DNA of 63,031 nucleotides, filler included, from Pirum gemmata (Eukaryota): NCBI GenBank assembly GCA_002812295.1. It is 18 parts of 18 records of this genome, joined end to end, with 100 filler letters (N's around TTAATTAATTAA, not from the genome) between each part and the next. Parts side by side here need not be neighbours in the genome. Positions count along the whole stretch, not along the records: positions 1 to 3,207 come from PDIN01003205.1; positions 3,308 to 6,492 come from PDIN01003206.1; positions 6,593 to 11,823 come from PDIN01003207.1; positions 11,924 to 15,109 come from PDIN01003208.1; 14 more parts are not named here. One strand, 5' to 3'. Shown piece by piece: positions 1 to 12,559 of this stretch (position 1 is its first letter; each line of letters starts with the position of its first letter). The notes under the pieces were generated by a model. It saw only the letters and a program-made list of their open reading frames with translations, ran no database searches and was not told where the DNA came from. The position numbers and the translations under genes were made by a program.

Positions 1-1283
1 TTTTTTTTTTTTTTTTTTTTAGGGAGCGGAGCGTTCAGTCTACTAGACTATTAATTAAAAATAATACGTAAATCTGATAATCTACAAGCAGCTGTTGTGG
101 TTTTTCAAGGCAAAAATTTTTTCTTGAACTTCTAAAAAAAGGAAAAAAATAAAATAAAAAATATTTATAAACTCTATATTCAGCTGTCTATATTATTTAA
201 TAGACTATATAAATAATAAACTATATCAGATCTCAGTAATAAATACATATTATTTTTTAATTTATTATTCTATGCATAATTTTTTTTTTGTTCAATAGAC
301 CCTCACTGGTATGATATCATAATATAATATCGATAACTCTACTCCTATTTATATTAATTAAACCAGCTGAATATAAAACTCTTCTCTTTCTCTACTGTAG
401 TCTGTAGCTAGCTAGCTCTACTACTAACTAGAGCTACTAGCTAGACTAGCTAGCTAGTAGACTAGTAGTGATATGATATTATGATATATCTAGTTTAGCT
501 AGCTAGCTAGTAGCGTGCTTCTCGCGCAAATTACCTCGTGCGAGTCCGGTGCGATGGCTTTTTTCTCTTTTTTTTTTTCTAGCTACCCTACCTAGTAGCT
601 AGCTAATCATAAGACCTCTCTAGCTCTAGCTAGTAGTAGCTATCATATCATTATTATGATAGTTAGTGGACTTCTAAAACACTTTTGGTCATAATTTTTT
701 AAAAAGTTAATTTTAATAATTAATTACTGCCTAAAACATTTTAAAAGTTAATTAAAATTCCGAGCAATGACTTCTATCAAAGAATAAGTGACGTCCTTTA
801 TGAATGTAATACCAGCTGAGGCACCACGTAGACAAACTAGTCCACTACTTAGCTAGCTAGAGCTAGCTACTAGCTAGTAGCAGACTATCAACTGTAGCTA
901 TCGGGGTAGTCTATCGTGCTTTCCTGCTATGATAGCTAGCTAGCTAGGTGTTTTTCATATTTTAATTAATGTTAAACAAGTTAAATTATACACTAAAAAA
1001 AAAACAATACCAAGTTAAATATTAAGAGGACAGTAATGAAATATAGATGATATCAGATATACGCTACTGGCTACTATGATAGTATGCTCTACTCTACTGT
1101 ATATCATATAAATAATATAATATTATAGTACATCCGAAAGACCCAAATCTGGTTCATACACCAACACCAACACCATTGAACAATACCAACAACAACAACA
1201 ACACCAACAACCTGGTTACAACCATATCTACAACAACTAAAACACGTTTATTTACAAAACGCACGCACCGTATTATAAATAAA

Positions 1284-1513
1284 AGGGTTAGGGTTAGGGT
1301 TAGGGTTAGGGTTAGGGTTAGGGTTAGGGTTAGGGTTAGGGTTAGGGTTAGGGTTAGGGTTAGGGTTAGGGTTAGGGTTAGGGTTANNNNNNNNNNNNNN
1401 NNNNNNNNNNNNNNNNNNNNNNNNGTTAGGGTTAGGGTTAGGGTTAGGGTTAGGGTTAGGGTTAGGGTTAGGGTTAGGGTTAGGGTTAGGGTTAGGGTTA
1501 GGGTTAGGGTTAG
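1284..1513 (+). repeat. (TTAGGG)n telomere-type array, interstitial, with gap
   Basis: Perfect TTAGGG tandem with unique sequence on both sides. Confidence 0.95.
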
Positions 1514-2271
1514 TACTAGCTAGCTAGTAGCTATCATAATATCATAGCTAGAATAGCTAGCTAGTAGCTATCATTATGGAATTTATTGCATATAGACAGC
1601 TATACAGACTCAGTTACAGACTCTATACAGCAGTAGTTATACAGCGGCTATTACAGCCTATAGAACTACTACTGAACTACTAGCTAGACTACAGTCTACA
1701 GCCAGCTATATAGAGTCTTTTATGATATTATGATATATAGAACTTTTATTATAGGCTAGTCTGTCTACCTTTTTTTTTTTTTTTTTTCAACGCGAATTTT
1801 TTTTTGGACTTCTTTTTTTTTAAAAAAAATTTCTAAACCTTTCATGGTAACTAGCCAAATTATTTTAAAAATTGGCTATTGGTTCATAATAGATTAGTTA
1901 GATGGTTAGACCACTGTTAGACCATTTCAGTACCATTTCTCAAATTTTGGTAGCACTTTTAAAAAAAAAATTCATAAAGAAATTCACCGCCTGAAAAATT
2001 GGAGCATTTTGTGATTATTCAGATCTTTGAGCATGTAACTACAGGGTAACAGGAGTGTAAGTGTAACAGGGATAGTCTGACTGAGTATGGATTAGAGAGA
2101 GTGTCAAGTACCAACCGGGATTCAACCCCCTTGTGAAATACTCAGAACTTACTCTGTCATATCATAGTCTATGGTGCACGTGCTGCGTGCTGCCAGTGCA
2201 TGCCATGGCCTGAGAATGTAGCTAATGCTGCTACGCCGCACTTACGCCGCCTACGCGGCCTATGAGACTAT

Positions 2272-2476
2272 TATTTATTGTTTACTGTTTATTGTTCAGG
2301 TTTACTGCTTATTATTGTTTATTGTTTATTGTTTATTGTTTATTGTTTATTGTTTATTGTTTATTGTTTATTGTTTATTGTTTATTGTTTATTGTTTGTT
2401 GTTTATTGTTTATTGTTTATTGTTTGTTGTTTATTGTTTATTGTTTATTGTTTATTGTTTATTGTTTATTGTTTAT
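2272..2476 (+). repeat. (TTTATTG)n heptamer microsatellite
   Basis: Direct tandem; explains the LLFIVYC ORFs. Confidence 0.95.
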
Positions 2477-3207
2477 CAAGTAAAAGAGTTAAAAAAAAAT
2501 TATAAATAAGCCAATATTAGTTGTAGGAAGGAGTCTACCTAGGAGTGTTTGTCTGAGACTGTCTGACGCCTACTATCTGTAGAGAGGCTCATAGTCGAAT
2601 AGAATCGTAGTTTTCATGTAGATAGACAGTAGTAGACTACAGTTCTACAACTTGCAACTACAACTTCTACAAGACTCTTTTACCTATACGTACAGTAACG
2701 TACTAACCCAAAGAAAACAAACAAGACAATGGACATCGAAAACCTAACCTTTTCAATGTCAATATTGTTTCACCAGAAGTACTAGTCAAACTATATGATA
2801 TGATACATCTTTTGAACATAGACAGACCTGTAAGACTAGACTAGAATGGCTAACCTAACCTACGTCAAAAAATTTAAAATATTACATATAAACCCGAATA
2901 TAGGCGACCACTCCAACAATGTCCACAACAACGACTACAACATTAACGCTATGATACTAGGAACAAAGTTTAATGAAAAACAAATATTTCTACAACATAC
3001 AAAATAACAATACAACTACTCATCATAGACTATATATTATTGTCTTATTATGAAAATATAACAAGCCACAACCAACTGACAATCAAATCATTAACTTATA
3101 CTTATGAAACAACAAATTGCAACTTTAATTTAACTATATGTGATATTATATTATTATTATTATTATTATTATTATTTTATTATTATTATTATTTTATTAT
3201 TATTATT

Positions 3208-3307
3208 NNNNNNNNNNNNNNNNNNNNNNNNNNNNNNNNNNNNNNNNNNNNTTAATTAATTAANNNNNNNNNNNNNNNNNNNNNNNNNNNNNNNNNNNNN
3301 NNNNNNN
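3208..3307. other. Artificial scaffold-joining spacer (N44-TTAATTAATTAA-N44); recurs near 6493, 11824, 15110, 18398, 21681, 25051, 30397, 33462, 36773, 40043, 43334, 46614, 49904, 53175, 56467, 59739
   Basis: Same 100-bp linker every ~3.2-5.3 kb; TTAATTAATTAA puts stops in all six frames. Confidence 0.98.
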
Positions 3308-3521
3308 CCATTTCATTTAATTTGGTATATTTTATTATCAATTTATTCATTTAATAATGTCAATTAAAAAATTATAACCAACCAAATAAATATTTGGAGT
3401 GATAAAATAAATGAAAAGCGCTATAGTACTTCTACTATAATATTAATAGTAGTAGTAGTAGTAGTTGTCTATTTATTCATTTAATAAAAAATGTCAATTT
3501 AAAGGTTCTGACCTACCAAAT

Positions 3522-3797
3522 CCTAACCCTAACCCTAACCCTAACCCTAACCCTAACCCTAACCCTAACCCTAACCCTAACCCTAACCCTAACCCTAACC
3601 CTAACCCTAACCCTANNNNNNNNNNNNNNNNNNNNNNNNNNNNNNNNNNNNNNNNNNNNNNNNNNNNNNNNNNNNNNNNNNNNNNNNNNNNNNNNNNNNN
3701 NNNNNNNNCCCTAACCCTAACCCTAACCCTAACCCTAACCCTTACCCTAACCCTAACCCTAACCCTAACCCTAACCCTAACCCTAACCCTAACCCCT
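3522..3797 (-). repeat. (CCCTAA)n telomere-type array with gap
   Basis: Direct tandem. Confidence 0.95.
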
Positions 3798-3927
3798 AGC
3801 TCTTGCTATCATAATAATATGACCGATTTGGTCATCTTCAGACCTATCTTTGCGGGCACAATATTATCAAATATTTTTTTAGTTTATTATAACATAATTA
3901 TACAGACTTCCAATTTCTATACTGTTA

Positions 3928-4068
3928 GTTCTAGAATCTAATCACCTAGATTACTATCATTGGCCTGAAAACTAACAAAAAAGGCTCTCAGATAGCTATA
4001 GGCAGATAATCATTTATTAGTTTTCAGGCCAATATTTATTAAGAATAGTAATCTAGGGTGACTAGAAC
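3928..4068. mobile_element. Foldback/MITE-like element (family I); diverged copy at ~59432-59547
   Basis: Perfect 17-bp inverted pair ATTGGCCTGAAAACTAA/TTAGTTTTCAGGCCAAT, plus outer TCACCTAGATTACTAT and GTTCTAG inverted pairs. Confidence 0.65.
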
Positions 4069-4527
4069 AGGAGCCATACAACAAGTGACAACAATCATGT
4101 ATTAATATACTTATAATATTAATAATAATAATAATAATAATGATAATAATAACATATAACAATAACAATAACAATAACAATAATGTTTTAGTTTGTATAA
4201 TAATAACAATAATATAATAATAATAATAATAAGAATAATAATAATAATAATAAGAATAATAATAATAATAATAATAATATTTAAAACAAATAATAATAGT
4301 AACAACAACAATAATATTATTAATAATAATAATATCAATATCCATAATAATAGTAATAGTATACGTAATAACAATAATAATACTCTTGATATATAATAAC
4401 AATAACAATAATGTTTAATAAAAACAATATAAATATAATAACACTTCGAACTCCTCATAATGTTGTCCTTCTAGAATGTCGATCATTATATTTCCGAGCT
4501 GCACTACTGGTCTAATGATGTTAATTT

Positions 4528-4960
4528 TAAGGTTAGGCTAAGGCCAAGTTAGGGTGATATGATAAGGGTTAGGGTTAGGGTCAGGGTTAGGGTCAGGGTT
4601 ATAGGGTTAGGGTTATAGGGTTAGGATTAGGGTTAGGGTTAGGGTTAGGATCAGGGTTAGGATCAGGGTTAGGGTTAGGGTTAGGGTTAGGTTAAGATCA
4701 GGGTTAGGGTTACGGTTACGGTTAGGGTTAAGTTAAGATCAGGTTAGGGTTAGGGTTAGGGTTAGGGTTGTTTTGTGTTATTAAATTCTGTTTTTATTTT
4801 ATTTTTCAAATAGACAAAATTCCACACAACAAAATAGTGCATGGAATATTAAGTAAGTATATAGGGTTATAGGTTAGGGTCAGGGTAAGGGTTAGTCTTA
4901 GGTTTAGGGTTAAGGTTAGGGTTAGGTTAAGATCAGGTTAGGATTGGGGTAGGGTTAGGA
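4528..4960 (+). repeat. Two degenerate TTAGGG arrays flanking a candidate 39-nt micro-exon (4814-4852)
   Basis: TTAGGG/TCAGGG/TTAGGA variants; TTTTTCAAATAG acceptor and GTAAGT donor around 4814-4852. Confidence 0.6.
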
Positions 4961-5016
4961 CTGTTTTGTGTTATTTTGTTATTGTTTTATTTTTCAACTA
5001 AGCAAAATAATGCATG

Positions 5017-5224
5017 GGGGATGCGAGAAAACAAATCAAACAGCTCGATCCAAAATAATTAAATATTGACAATTTTGAAATGATATTTTTTTTTTTTTCG
5101 AGTTCCAACTTTTTTCTATGAAATTTCTAATGAAATCAAAAGTGAGTCAATGCTTAAAAAATAAAATCAAAAAATTTCGAAATTTTCGAACTAGTCTCGA
5201 TTCGATGGTTTTTCTCAGATCTCC
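5017..5224 (+). mobile_element. MITE family D (copies also at 24488-24715 and 38361-38594)
   Basis: TIR consensus GGAGATGCGGGAAAAC..ATCGAATC / GATTCGATGGTTTTCCCCGCATCTCC; ATG duplicated on both sides of this copy. Confidence 0.85.
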
Positions 5225-5533
5225 ATGGAGTATTATTTATAAGTAATAAAGTAAAATAGCAATAGTAAAAATAACTTTTTATTTTATTTTATTTTGATTT
5301 TATTTTTTGATTTTATTTTTAAAAAAAACAAAAAACCAAAAAAAAAAAAAACTTGTATAGTAATATTGTGGGTTATAACCTTTAAATTGACGTTTTTATA
5401 GTGCTTTTCATTTTTTTTTTGTCTACCCTAACCCTAACTTTTGTAATTTCTTGACACTTTTTTAAAAAGAAACTCCATTCTGCCCCATAAACTCCCATAA
5501 ACTATTTTAAAAAAAAATACTATTATTAATATA

Positions 5534-5714
5534 GTGCTTTTCATTTATTTTATCACTCCGAATATTTATTTGGTTGGTTATAATTTTTTAACTGACATTG
5601 TTAAATGAGTAAATGGATAATAAAACATACCAAATTAAATGAAATGGATTTGTATTGTATTAATTTGGTTCCCTTTATTGTATATTTTATGATGGCAAAA
5701 CAACTGAAAAGCAC
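5534..5714 (+). mobile_element. MITE family A (~180 bp); other copies 3308-3421(-), 13514-13590, 15231-15337(-), 17056-17238, 35674-35858(-), 38862-39042, 62353-62533
   Basis: TIR GTGCTTTTCA...TGAAAAGCAC; homologous internal sequence in at least 8 copies on different fragments. Confidence 0.9.
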
Positions 5715-5827
5715 AATACATGAATAAATAGATAATAACATATACCAAATTTAAATGAAACAGATTTATATTGTATCGATAATTACAAATAAAATAATGT
5801 ATAGTAATATTATGTATAGTGCTTTTT

Positions 5828-6010
5828 TGTCCTATAAATAGATTTAACCCAAACCCTAGAATAAAATATTAGGTTTGGGTTAAAAAATAATTGGTGTGAA
5901 AAATTTCTATCAAATATATTTGTCCTAAATAGATTTAACCCAAACCCTAGAATAGAATATTAGGTTTGGGTTAAAAAATAATTGGTGTGAAAAATTTCTA
6001 TCAAATATAT
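5828..6010. repeat. ~92-bp tandem duplication, each unit with a hairpin
   Basis: Two units containing TTTAACCCAAACCCTA...TAGGTTTGGGTTAAA. Confidence 0.8.
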
Positions 6011-6968
6011 ATTTTTTATATGTTCGATTTTTTTTATTATTATTTAGTAAAAAAACGAGCTATAAAAAAAATTGAATATATAAAAAATATAGTAAAAAAA
6101 AATGACATACTACTAGCTATAAATTAAGAATAAGCCTTCAATAACTAACAACAATAACAATAAAATAAGCCTTTAATAACAAATAAGAATAAGCCTTCAC
6201 TAACATATATATACATTTATTGTCACTGGTAGGTTATAACCTATAAATTGACGTTTATCAATGAATAAATAGATAATAAAATATACCAAATCAAAATGAA
6301 ATGGCTTTATATTGTATTAAATTTCTACTCTTTATATTATATTTTAATCCTCATACAAAGCAGGGTTAATACAAAATCCTAAATCAGTTTGTAAACACCA
6401 CTTTGGTTGTAATTGCATAGCTGTTTGAAATAAAGTTTAGGGTTAGGGTTAGGGTTAATAATAATAATAATAATAATAATCATAATCATAATNNNNNNNN
6501 NNNNNNNNNNNNNNNNNNNNNNNNNNNNNNNNNNNNTTAATTAATTAANNNNNNNNNNNNNNNNNNNNNNNNNNNNNNNNNNNNNNNNNNNNATAAAACA
6601 ATAAAACAATAAAACAATAAAACAATAAAACAATAAAACATCCTCCATATGGGCTCAAAAATCCAAAAAATCTCAAAATGCTTAAAAATGTGGTGTGGTG
6701 TGTACCAAGATTACTCATGATCATATTATTACTACTACCAGTACTATAGCTATTTCGTTTTAATTTTCTATTTAGTATGATGTTGTTATTGTTAACGTAG
6801 TTATTGGTGCTATTGTTGTTATTGTTGTTATTGTTGTTATTGTTGTTATTGTTATTGTTGTTAATGTTGTTTTTCACTTTGATATGGTAGGTTTTCCTGA
6901 CATTTTGCAAAGACTTGTATTCAGTATTAATACTAGTTGTTTTATTAGTCACAGATTGAGGCAAATTC

Positions 6969-7164
6969 GGAATCATCCATAAAGGACATCACCTAATCCG
7001 CGGATTATCCACCCTACGCCTCTTTGTCCAAAAGACTTTTGGTCATAATTTTAAAGTTTATTTTAATTAATTAAAATAATTAATTACTGCCTAAAACAGT
7101 TTAAGTCACACTTTCGAGAAATGACTTCTATCAAAGAATAAGTGACGCCCTTTATAAATGTTCC
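6969..7164 (+). mobile_element. MITE family B copy (PIF/Harbinger-like)
   Basis: GGAATCATCCATAAAGGACATCAC...GTGACGCCCTTTATAAATGTTCC. Confidence 0.85.
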
Positions 7165-7771
7165 TTTTTAAAAAAAAAATAAAAAAGTGCTATGGAATGT
7201 TACTTAGTGGAATGTTTATCCTATATAATAGTTATATAACTATGTTTAGATAAATTCAATAAAGTCACGTGACTTATACAAGAGCAATGATTAGTCAATA
7301 AACGGATAGTAGCGAGCATGTATAGACACGTTGACACTAAATAAGGACACATTGTAATAGCGTATTAATACAATAACTATGTATGGAAACGCTATATACA
7401 TGTATGGATCCAGAATTCACTTATTAGAAACATATGTTTATNNNNNNNNNNNNNNNNNNNNNNNNNNNNNNNNNNNNNNNNNNNNNNNNNNNNNNNNNNN
7501 NNNNNNNNNNNNNNNNNNNNNNNNNNNNNNNNNNNNNNNNNNNNNNNNNNNNNNNNNNNNNNNNNNNNNNNNNNNNNNNNNAGTTTTTTTTTTTTTTAAA
7601 AAAAAAAAAAAACCTGTTCGAAAATTATTTTTTCCTTTTTTCGGGTTTGTAAATAAATAAATAAATATATTTGAATATTTAACTGTTAGATTAAAATTTT
7701 CGAACTTCTTTAATTAACGCCTAGGCTCGAAAACTCGATTTTTTTTAAAAACAAAGTAGAAAGATTTACTA

Positions 7772-8001
7772 AACCTCTCCCAATTCTGCTCGAGCCCGAA
7801 AACTTGAATTTCTTCTGTCGAAAAAAAAAAGCCAAAATTCAGCCCTGTTCGAAAATTATATTTCCATTTTTTCGGGTTTATAAAAAAATAAATATACTCG
7901 AATACTTAACTTTTAGCTTGAAATTTTCGAACTCATTTATTAATGCATAGGCTCGAAAATTCGATTTTTTTTTAAAAAGCAAAGCAGAATCGGGAGAAGC
8001 C
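7772..8001 (+). mobile_element. MITE family C (copies 38604-38813, 48939-49163, partial 7613-7762)
   Basis: TIR (GG)CCTCTCCCAATTCTGCT...AGCAGAAT(C/T)GGGAGAAGCC with shared internal sequence. Confidence 0.85.
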
Positions 8002-9297
8002 TAATATTTACAGCTTATTTGCCAGAATTGACCACTCACAGACTTTTACCAGTTCTTTTAGGCTTATACCTAATATACCAGCCCTTAATTAAAAATTTTC
8101 TCGAGAGCCCACTAGCTAAAACCGAGAGCCCACACGATATATATAGTATTATATATTGATTTCTATTAGCGTAGTATAATACGGATTACCATATATATTA
8201 GTTTAATATAAGATAGATTACCATATATATATATATAGGGTGGTATATATATAGCTATATATATGCATTTGTATGAATTTTGTATTTATAATACCATATT
8301 TAGACTATTTAAGTTTCATGGGATTACAGTGGACACTACTAGCTAGCTACACTACTGGACTTACACTGGATTACATACCTATATAAGACCAAGCATCTTG
8401 GACCAAGCACTGGCAGGCAATTTAAAAACCACGGACTCCCCCATAGTTTGTCAGCCATAATAGGCTATATACTGCTATATCATAATATTAACAAGTCCAG
8501 TGGGCATTAATTTTCTCAAGTATTTTTACTGTATTTTTTCACTTTTTTTACAATATTTTTTACTATTCCAAGACTATAAAAATTTAATAAAAGGTTATTT
8601 ACCAGACTTTTACCAGCATAGTTAAAAACATTATAAAGTTTATACATGATAATGAAATGGGTACCCCTTTCCACACAGTGTAAATAAACTTATTAAATAA
8701 TAATAATAATAATAATAATANATTAGCTCTTTTTTAAAAATATCCATATTTGATTAAAAACAAATAATTTAAAAATAGAATGACAAATCAAAATAAAATA
8801 TTGTTGGCTACAATTTTTGTAAGGAGAATGTTTTGTACATAACCGAATCATATTCTACTATTACAGTCTATTACCACAAATACTACTACTAAAATAAATT
8901 TTCTCTTAGTGCTACTGAGCAGGTGCTTTGGATTCCGAGTGTGCACTGTGCAGGCTTTGGAGCATAATATTATTCCCTGAACGTTTTCACCCAACTCATT
9001 CGGGCCAGTCGGCTTGATTCAAATTATTCCTATTTCTGCTGTAGCACTAATCCTAATTAATAACAACTGTTACACATTACAAGTTGTACGTGGTGGTATG
9101 GTAGTATGATAGTTGACTCTGACTGATGGCACCAAATTGCGGAGCCAAATAGTTAGCTAGAGACTAACACCAGCAATCTACTATAATAATATCATAAATA
9201 TTAGCATAATTTGTAAAAACAGATAATAATATTTAGTAATGATGTATATAATTATACATTAGTGTGTTAGTGTGTATTATTATTTGTTATATGATAT

Positions 9298-9361
<64 letters not shown>

Positions 9362-9631
9362 AAAAAAAAAAAAAAAAAAAAAAAAGTATAAAAACCAAGC
9401 AAAAAGCAATCCTTTTTCACAAAAAGCAAAAGCAAAAACAAAAACAAGAAACAAAAACAAGAAAGCTCATAATTATAACATATAAAATTTTCAAAACAAC
9501 ATCTGCCACAACCACAAAGAATCTTGAAATATATACAACTTTTGAATTCAAAACAACAACTACCACCACAACAAAGACTCTTATAATATATACAACTTTC
9601 GAAACAACAACTACCACAACAACAGACAAAC

Positions 9632-10124
9632 ATGTTTTCAAAATTAACATTGGTACCAGTAGGGTTATTTCTTTTTGTATCTACTTGGAATGTGCAAGCT
9701 ATGGAGCTCGCAACCTCAGAAGAGAACGCCGACGCAAAAATTGCCAACGAAGGCGAGTGGGTAATTACATTATTATTTATCATTATATAATAATATCCTA
9801 CTAATTAATAATATTATACGATATAGTATACGTATACTATTAATAATTTATAGCTTTGTATATTATATACTAGTTTTTTAAAAAGGTATATTATAAAATA
9901 TATATTAAATTTTGTATATTATTACTATATATTAGCTATTAATATTTTAATTAAAATATTATTTTTTTATTGCAACGTAATACTCAATTATATAGAAAGA
10001 AATGTTAAATCGAAGAGAGAGAAGATTTGCTTGCCACTTTAGTACTTGTGGTGGGGATGATGATTGTCCTCATTCGTGTTCCCATTGCACCACAGGTCTC
10101 TTTAAGAGGTATTGTGAAAATTAA
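9632..10124 (+). CDS. Secreted cysteine-rich (knottin-like) prepropeptide, 85 aa, 2 exons
   Basis: Exons 9632-9760 (MFSKLTLVPVGLFLFVSTWNVQAMELATSEENADAKIANEGEW|GTAATT) and 9996-10124 (TATAG|KEMLNRRERRFACHFSTCGGDDDCPHSCSHCTTGLFKRYCEN*). Phase-0 join; signal peptide, acidic pro-region, RRERR site, 6 Cys. Confidence 0.8.
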
Positions 10125-10288
10125 TTTAGCTGGTAGACTAAAAAGAGCTCGAAAGTGTACACATGTAGACAAATTCAAAATCAATCAACTCACTAACCAA
10201 ATTGCAATCAATCAACAACCAGCCAAACAAAAACAACAAAAACCAGCCAATTAAAACCAAACAAACCACAAGCACACAAACAAACAAA

Positions 10289-10324
<36 letters not shown>

Positions 10325-12404
10325 AACACACACCCAAACAAACAAAACTTCTTTTAAAGCTTTTTTAATTAACTTACCATCTCATAACACGTCTCTACCC
10401 TTTTATTATTATTATTGCCATTTTGGAGTCTTATCATAATTATATTATTAATATATTATATACAAAATTTGTAACTAGCTATAGTCTACCTACCGCTCCT
10501 CAAATTAATAAAAAACGTTTTTATGTTTTTAATCAGTTTAATTAATAGTAATGATTTAATTTTTAAATTTTTTGTAATTATAATATTATATAAATATTAA
10601 TATATAATTGTTAATTAACAATAGTAATGATAGTTTAATGATAATAACAAATAATAGTAATAATAATAGTAATTTACTTATTGCTATTATGGTTTGTTGT
10701 ATGTTGTTTGTTGTTTGTTGTTTGTTGTTTGTTGGAATTCAGCTATTTTACAAATACATCATTTTGATACCCAAAACAATAAACACCTAATTCAACAAAA
10801 AAACCACTAATAACAAATAATATTACATTGTGTGCGACTTCATTGTCAGTCAGAGTTTTCCCAACAACCGAGGTTTCTATTCCATATCGATTTATCAATG
10901 TGGATATGGAGTACTGCTTTAACAAACACCAAAAACTATCTATATTATGAATAACAACAATCAAAAAAAAATCTAGACTTCTCTACTATTGTAGACTTGA
11001 CTACAAGAACACCATTATTATCTCATCTTTTATGGGAAGAGGTTATATTATTATGATATAAGATTGAAAGGAACCCTTCAAACAAGCTGCTTTGTGGACC
11101 ACCAAAAAAATTTTTTTGCACAAAAAAGGTGGCCCAGAGATTAAATCTACTGCTCCAGTTAGCTGTCATCCATAGTCTATGAGCTGTCTATGATCGCTGT
11201 TTTTTTGGTTTTTTTTTATGTATTTTCAAAAAGTTAATTGAATAAACAACTTCAAAGTATTGGTGATTAACATAATAATAATAATAATAAATGCAACAAC
11301 TGAATAGTATAATTATAAGAAGAATTACTGACTGTTTAATAGAATGGTCTAGTGAGAAGTTTCACTATCAAAAGATTGAGAAGCCTCAGCGTCAGGAACT
11401 TCAGAATCAGAACCCTAACCCTAACCCTAACTCTAACCCTAACTCTAACCCTAACCCTAACCCTACACAGAAGATCGACCCTCTGTAGAGTTGTTGTCTA
11501 TCGTGGGTTCTGTTGTATTAATATCGTAAGATGAAATAGAATTATCTTGCGTAAGATTGTTAGCAACTTGTGAGCTGATTTTGATTAACTTTCTTTGCAA
11601 TTGTTTTTGTTTTAGTTTTTTTTGTTTTTACGACCCATATAATTAAACAAATTGGAAAAATAAAAAATAGCAATTAGTTTTTTTAATTATATTTTATTTA
11701 TTTTAATAAAACTATAACAAATTTATCATTATTATTATTATTATTATAATTTATAATTTTCCTTATACTCCATTAATTAACATGTAAAGTATAGTTACTT
11801 TTTTTTTTTTTTTTTTTTTTTTTNNNNNNNNNNNNNNNNNNNNNNNNNNNNNNNNNNNNNNNNNNNNTTAATTAATTAANNNNNNNNNNNNNNNNNNNNN
11901 NNNNNNNNNNNNNNNNNNNNNNNATAATGATAATAATAATAATGAAACGAAAATTTGCTATTATAATATATAGTAACAAATCACGTTTAAATTAACATAA
12001 ATAAATAAAAAAAAAGTATCATGCATATATCGATAATTTTTAATAGTATTTTAACTAGTATTTTATAATTATATTAATGTTAAATTTTAATAATAATTAA
12101 TATTTATTATTTTAAAAACTAGACTACTATGATAACAACATCCATATAATATTATTATAGACTAATATAGTCTAACGGGTCTATACCTTTTGAATAATAT
12201 TATTATATCGTCTATATTTCATCACATTGGTCCTCTCAATCTTTAATTTGGTACTATTTAATTAAGTGTATAATTATCCGATAATTGAACTTGTTTATAA
12301 AATACAACATTATAGACTATATAAAATACCAAATTAATTAAAATATGTCGGATGATGTTAATTAAACAGAAGGCCTATATAAAAGTTATAACAGACCTCG
12401 ACTA

Positions 12405-12559
12405 GGAATCATCCATAAAGGACGTCATCTCTTTGCCCGAAACACTTTTGGTCATAATTTTAAAGTTTATTTTAAAATAATTAATCACTGCTTTAAAAGT
12501 CACACTTTCGAGCAATGACTTTTATCAAAGAATAAGTGGCGTCCTTTATGAATGTTCCC
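12405..12559 (+). mobile_element. MITE family B copy
   Basis: Same TIRs and internal sequence as 6969-7164; a partial copy lies at 676-807. Confidence 0.85.

Noticed and set aside
1176..1523. VRVRVR, LTLTLT and PNPNPN ORFs here and elsewhere
   Set aside because: Translations of TTAGGG/CCCTAA arrays
2114..2131. CCGGGATTCAACCCCC, resembling a minus-strand tRNA B box
   Set aside because: No A box or cloverleaf could be built; at most a SINE trace
3252..3263. TTAATTAATTAA recurring every ~3.2 kb as a biological motif
   Set aside because: Always embedded in fixed N runs; an assembly concatenation linker
6593..6976. 143-aa poly-Asn minus-strand ORF
   Set aside because: Starts inside a MITE TIR, low complexity, runs into the linker
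11343..11540. Possible exons around a CCCTAA array
   Set aside because: No consistent splice or frame model and no recognisable motif
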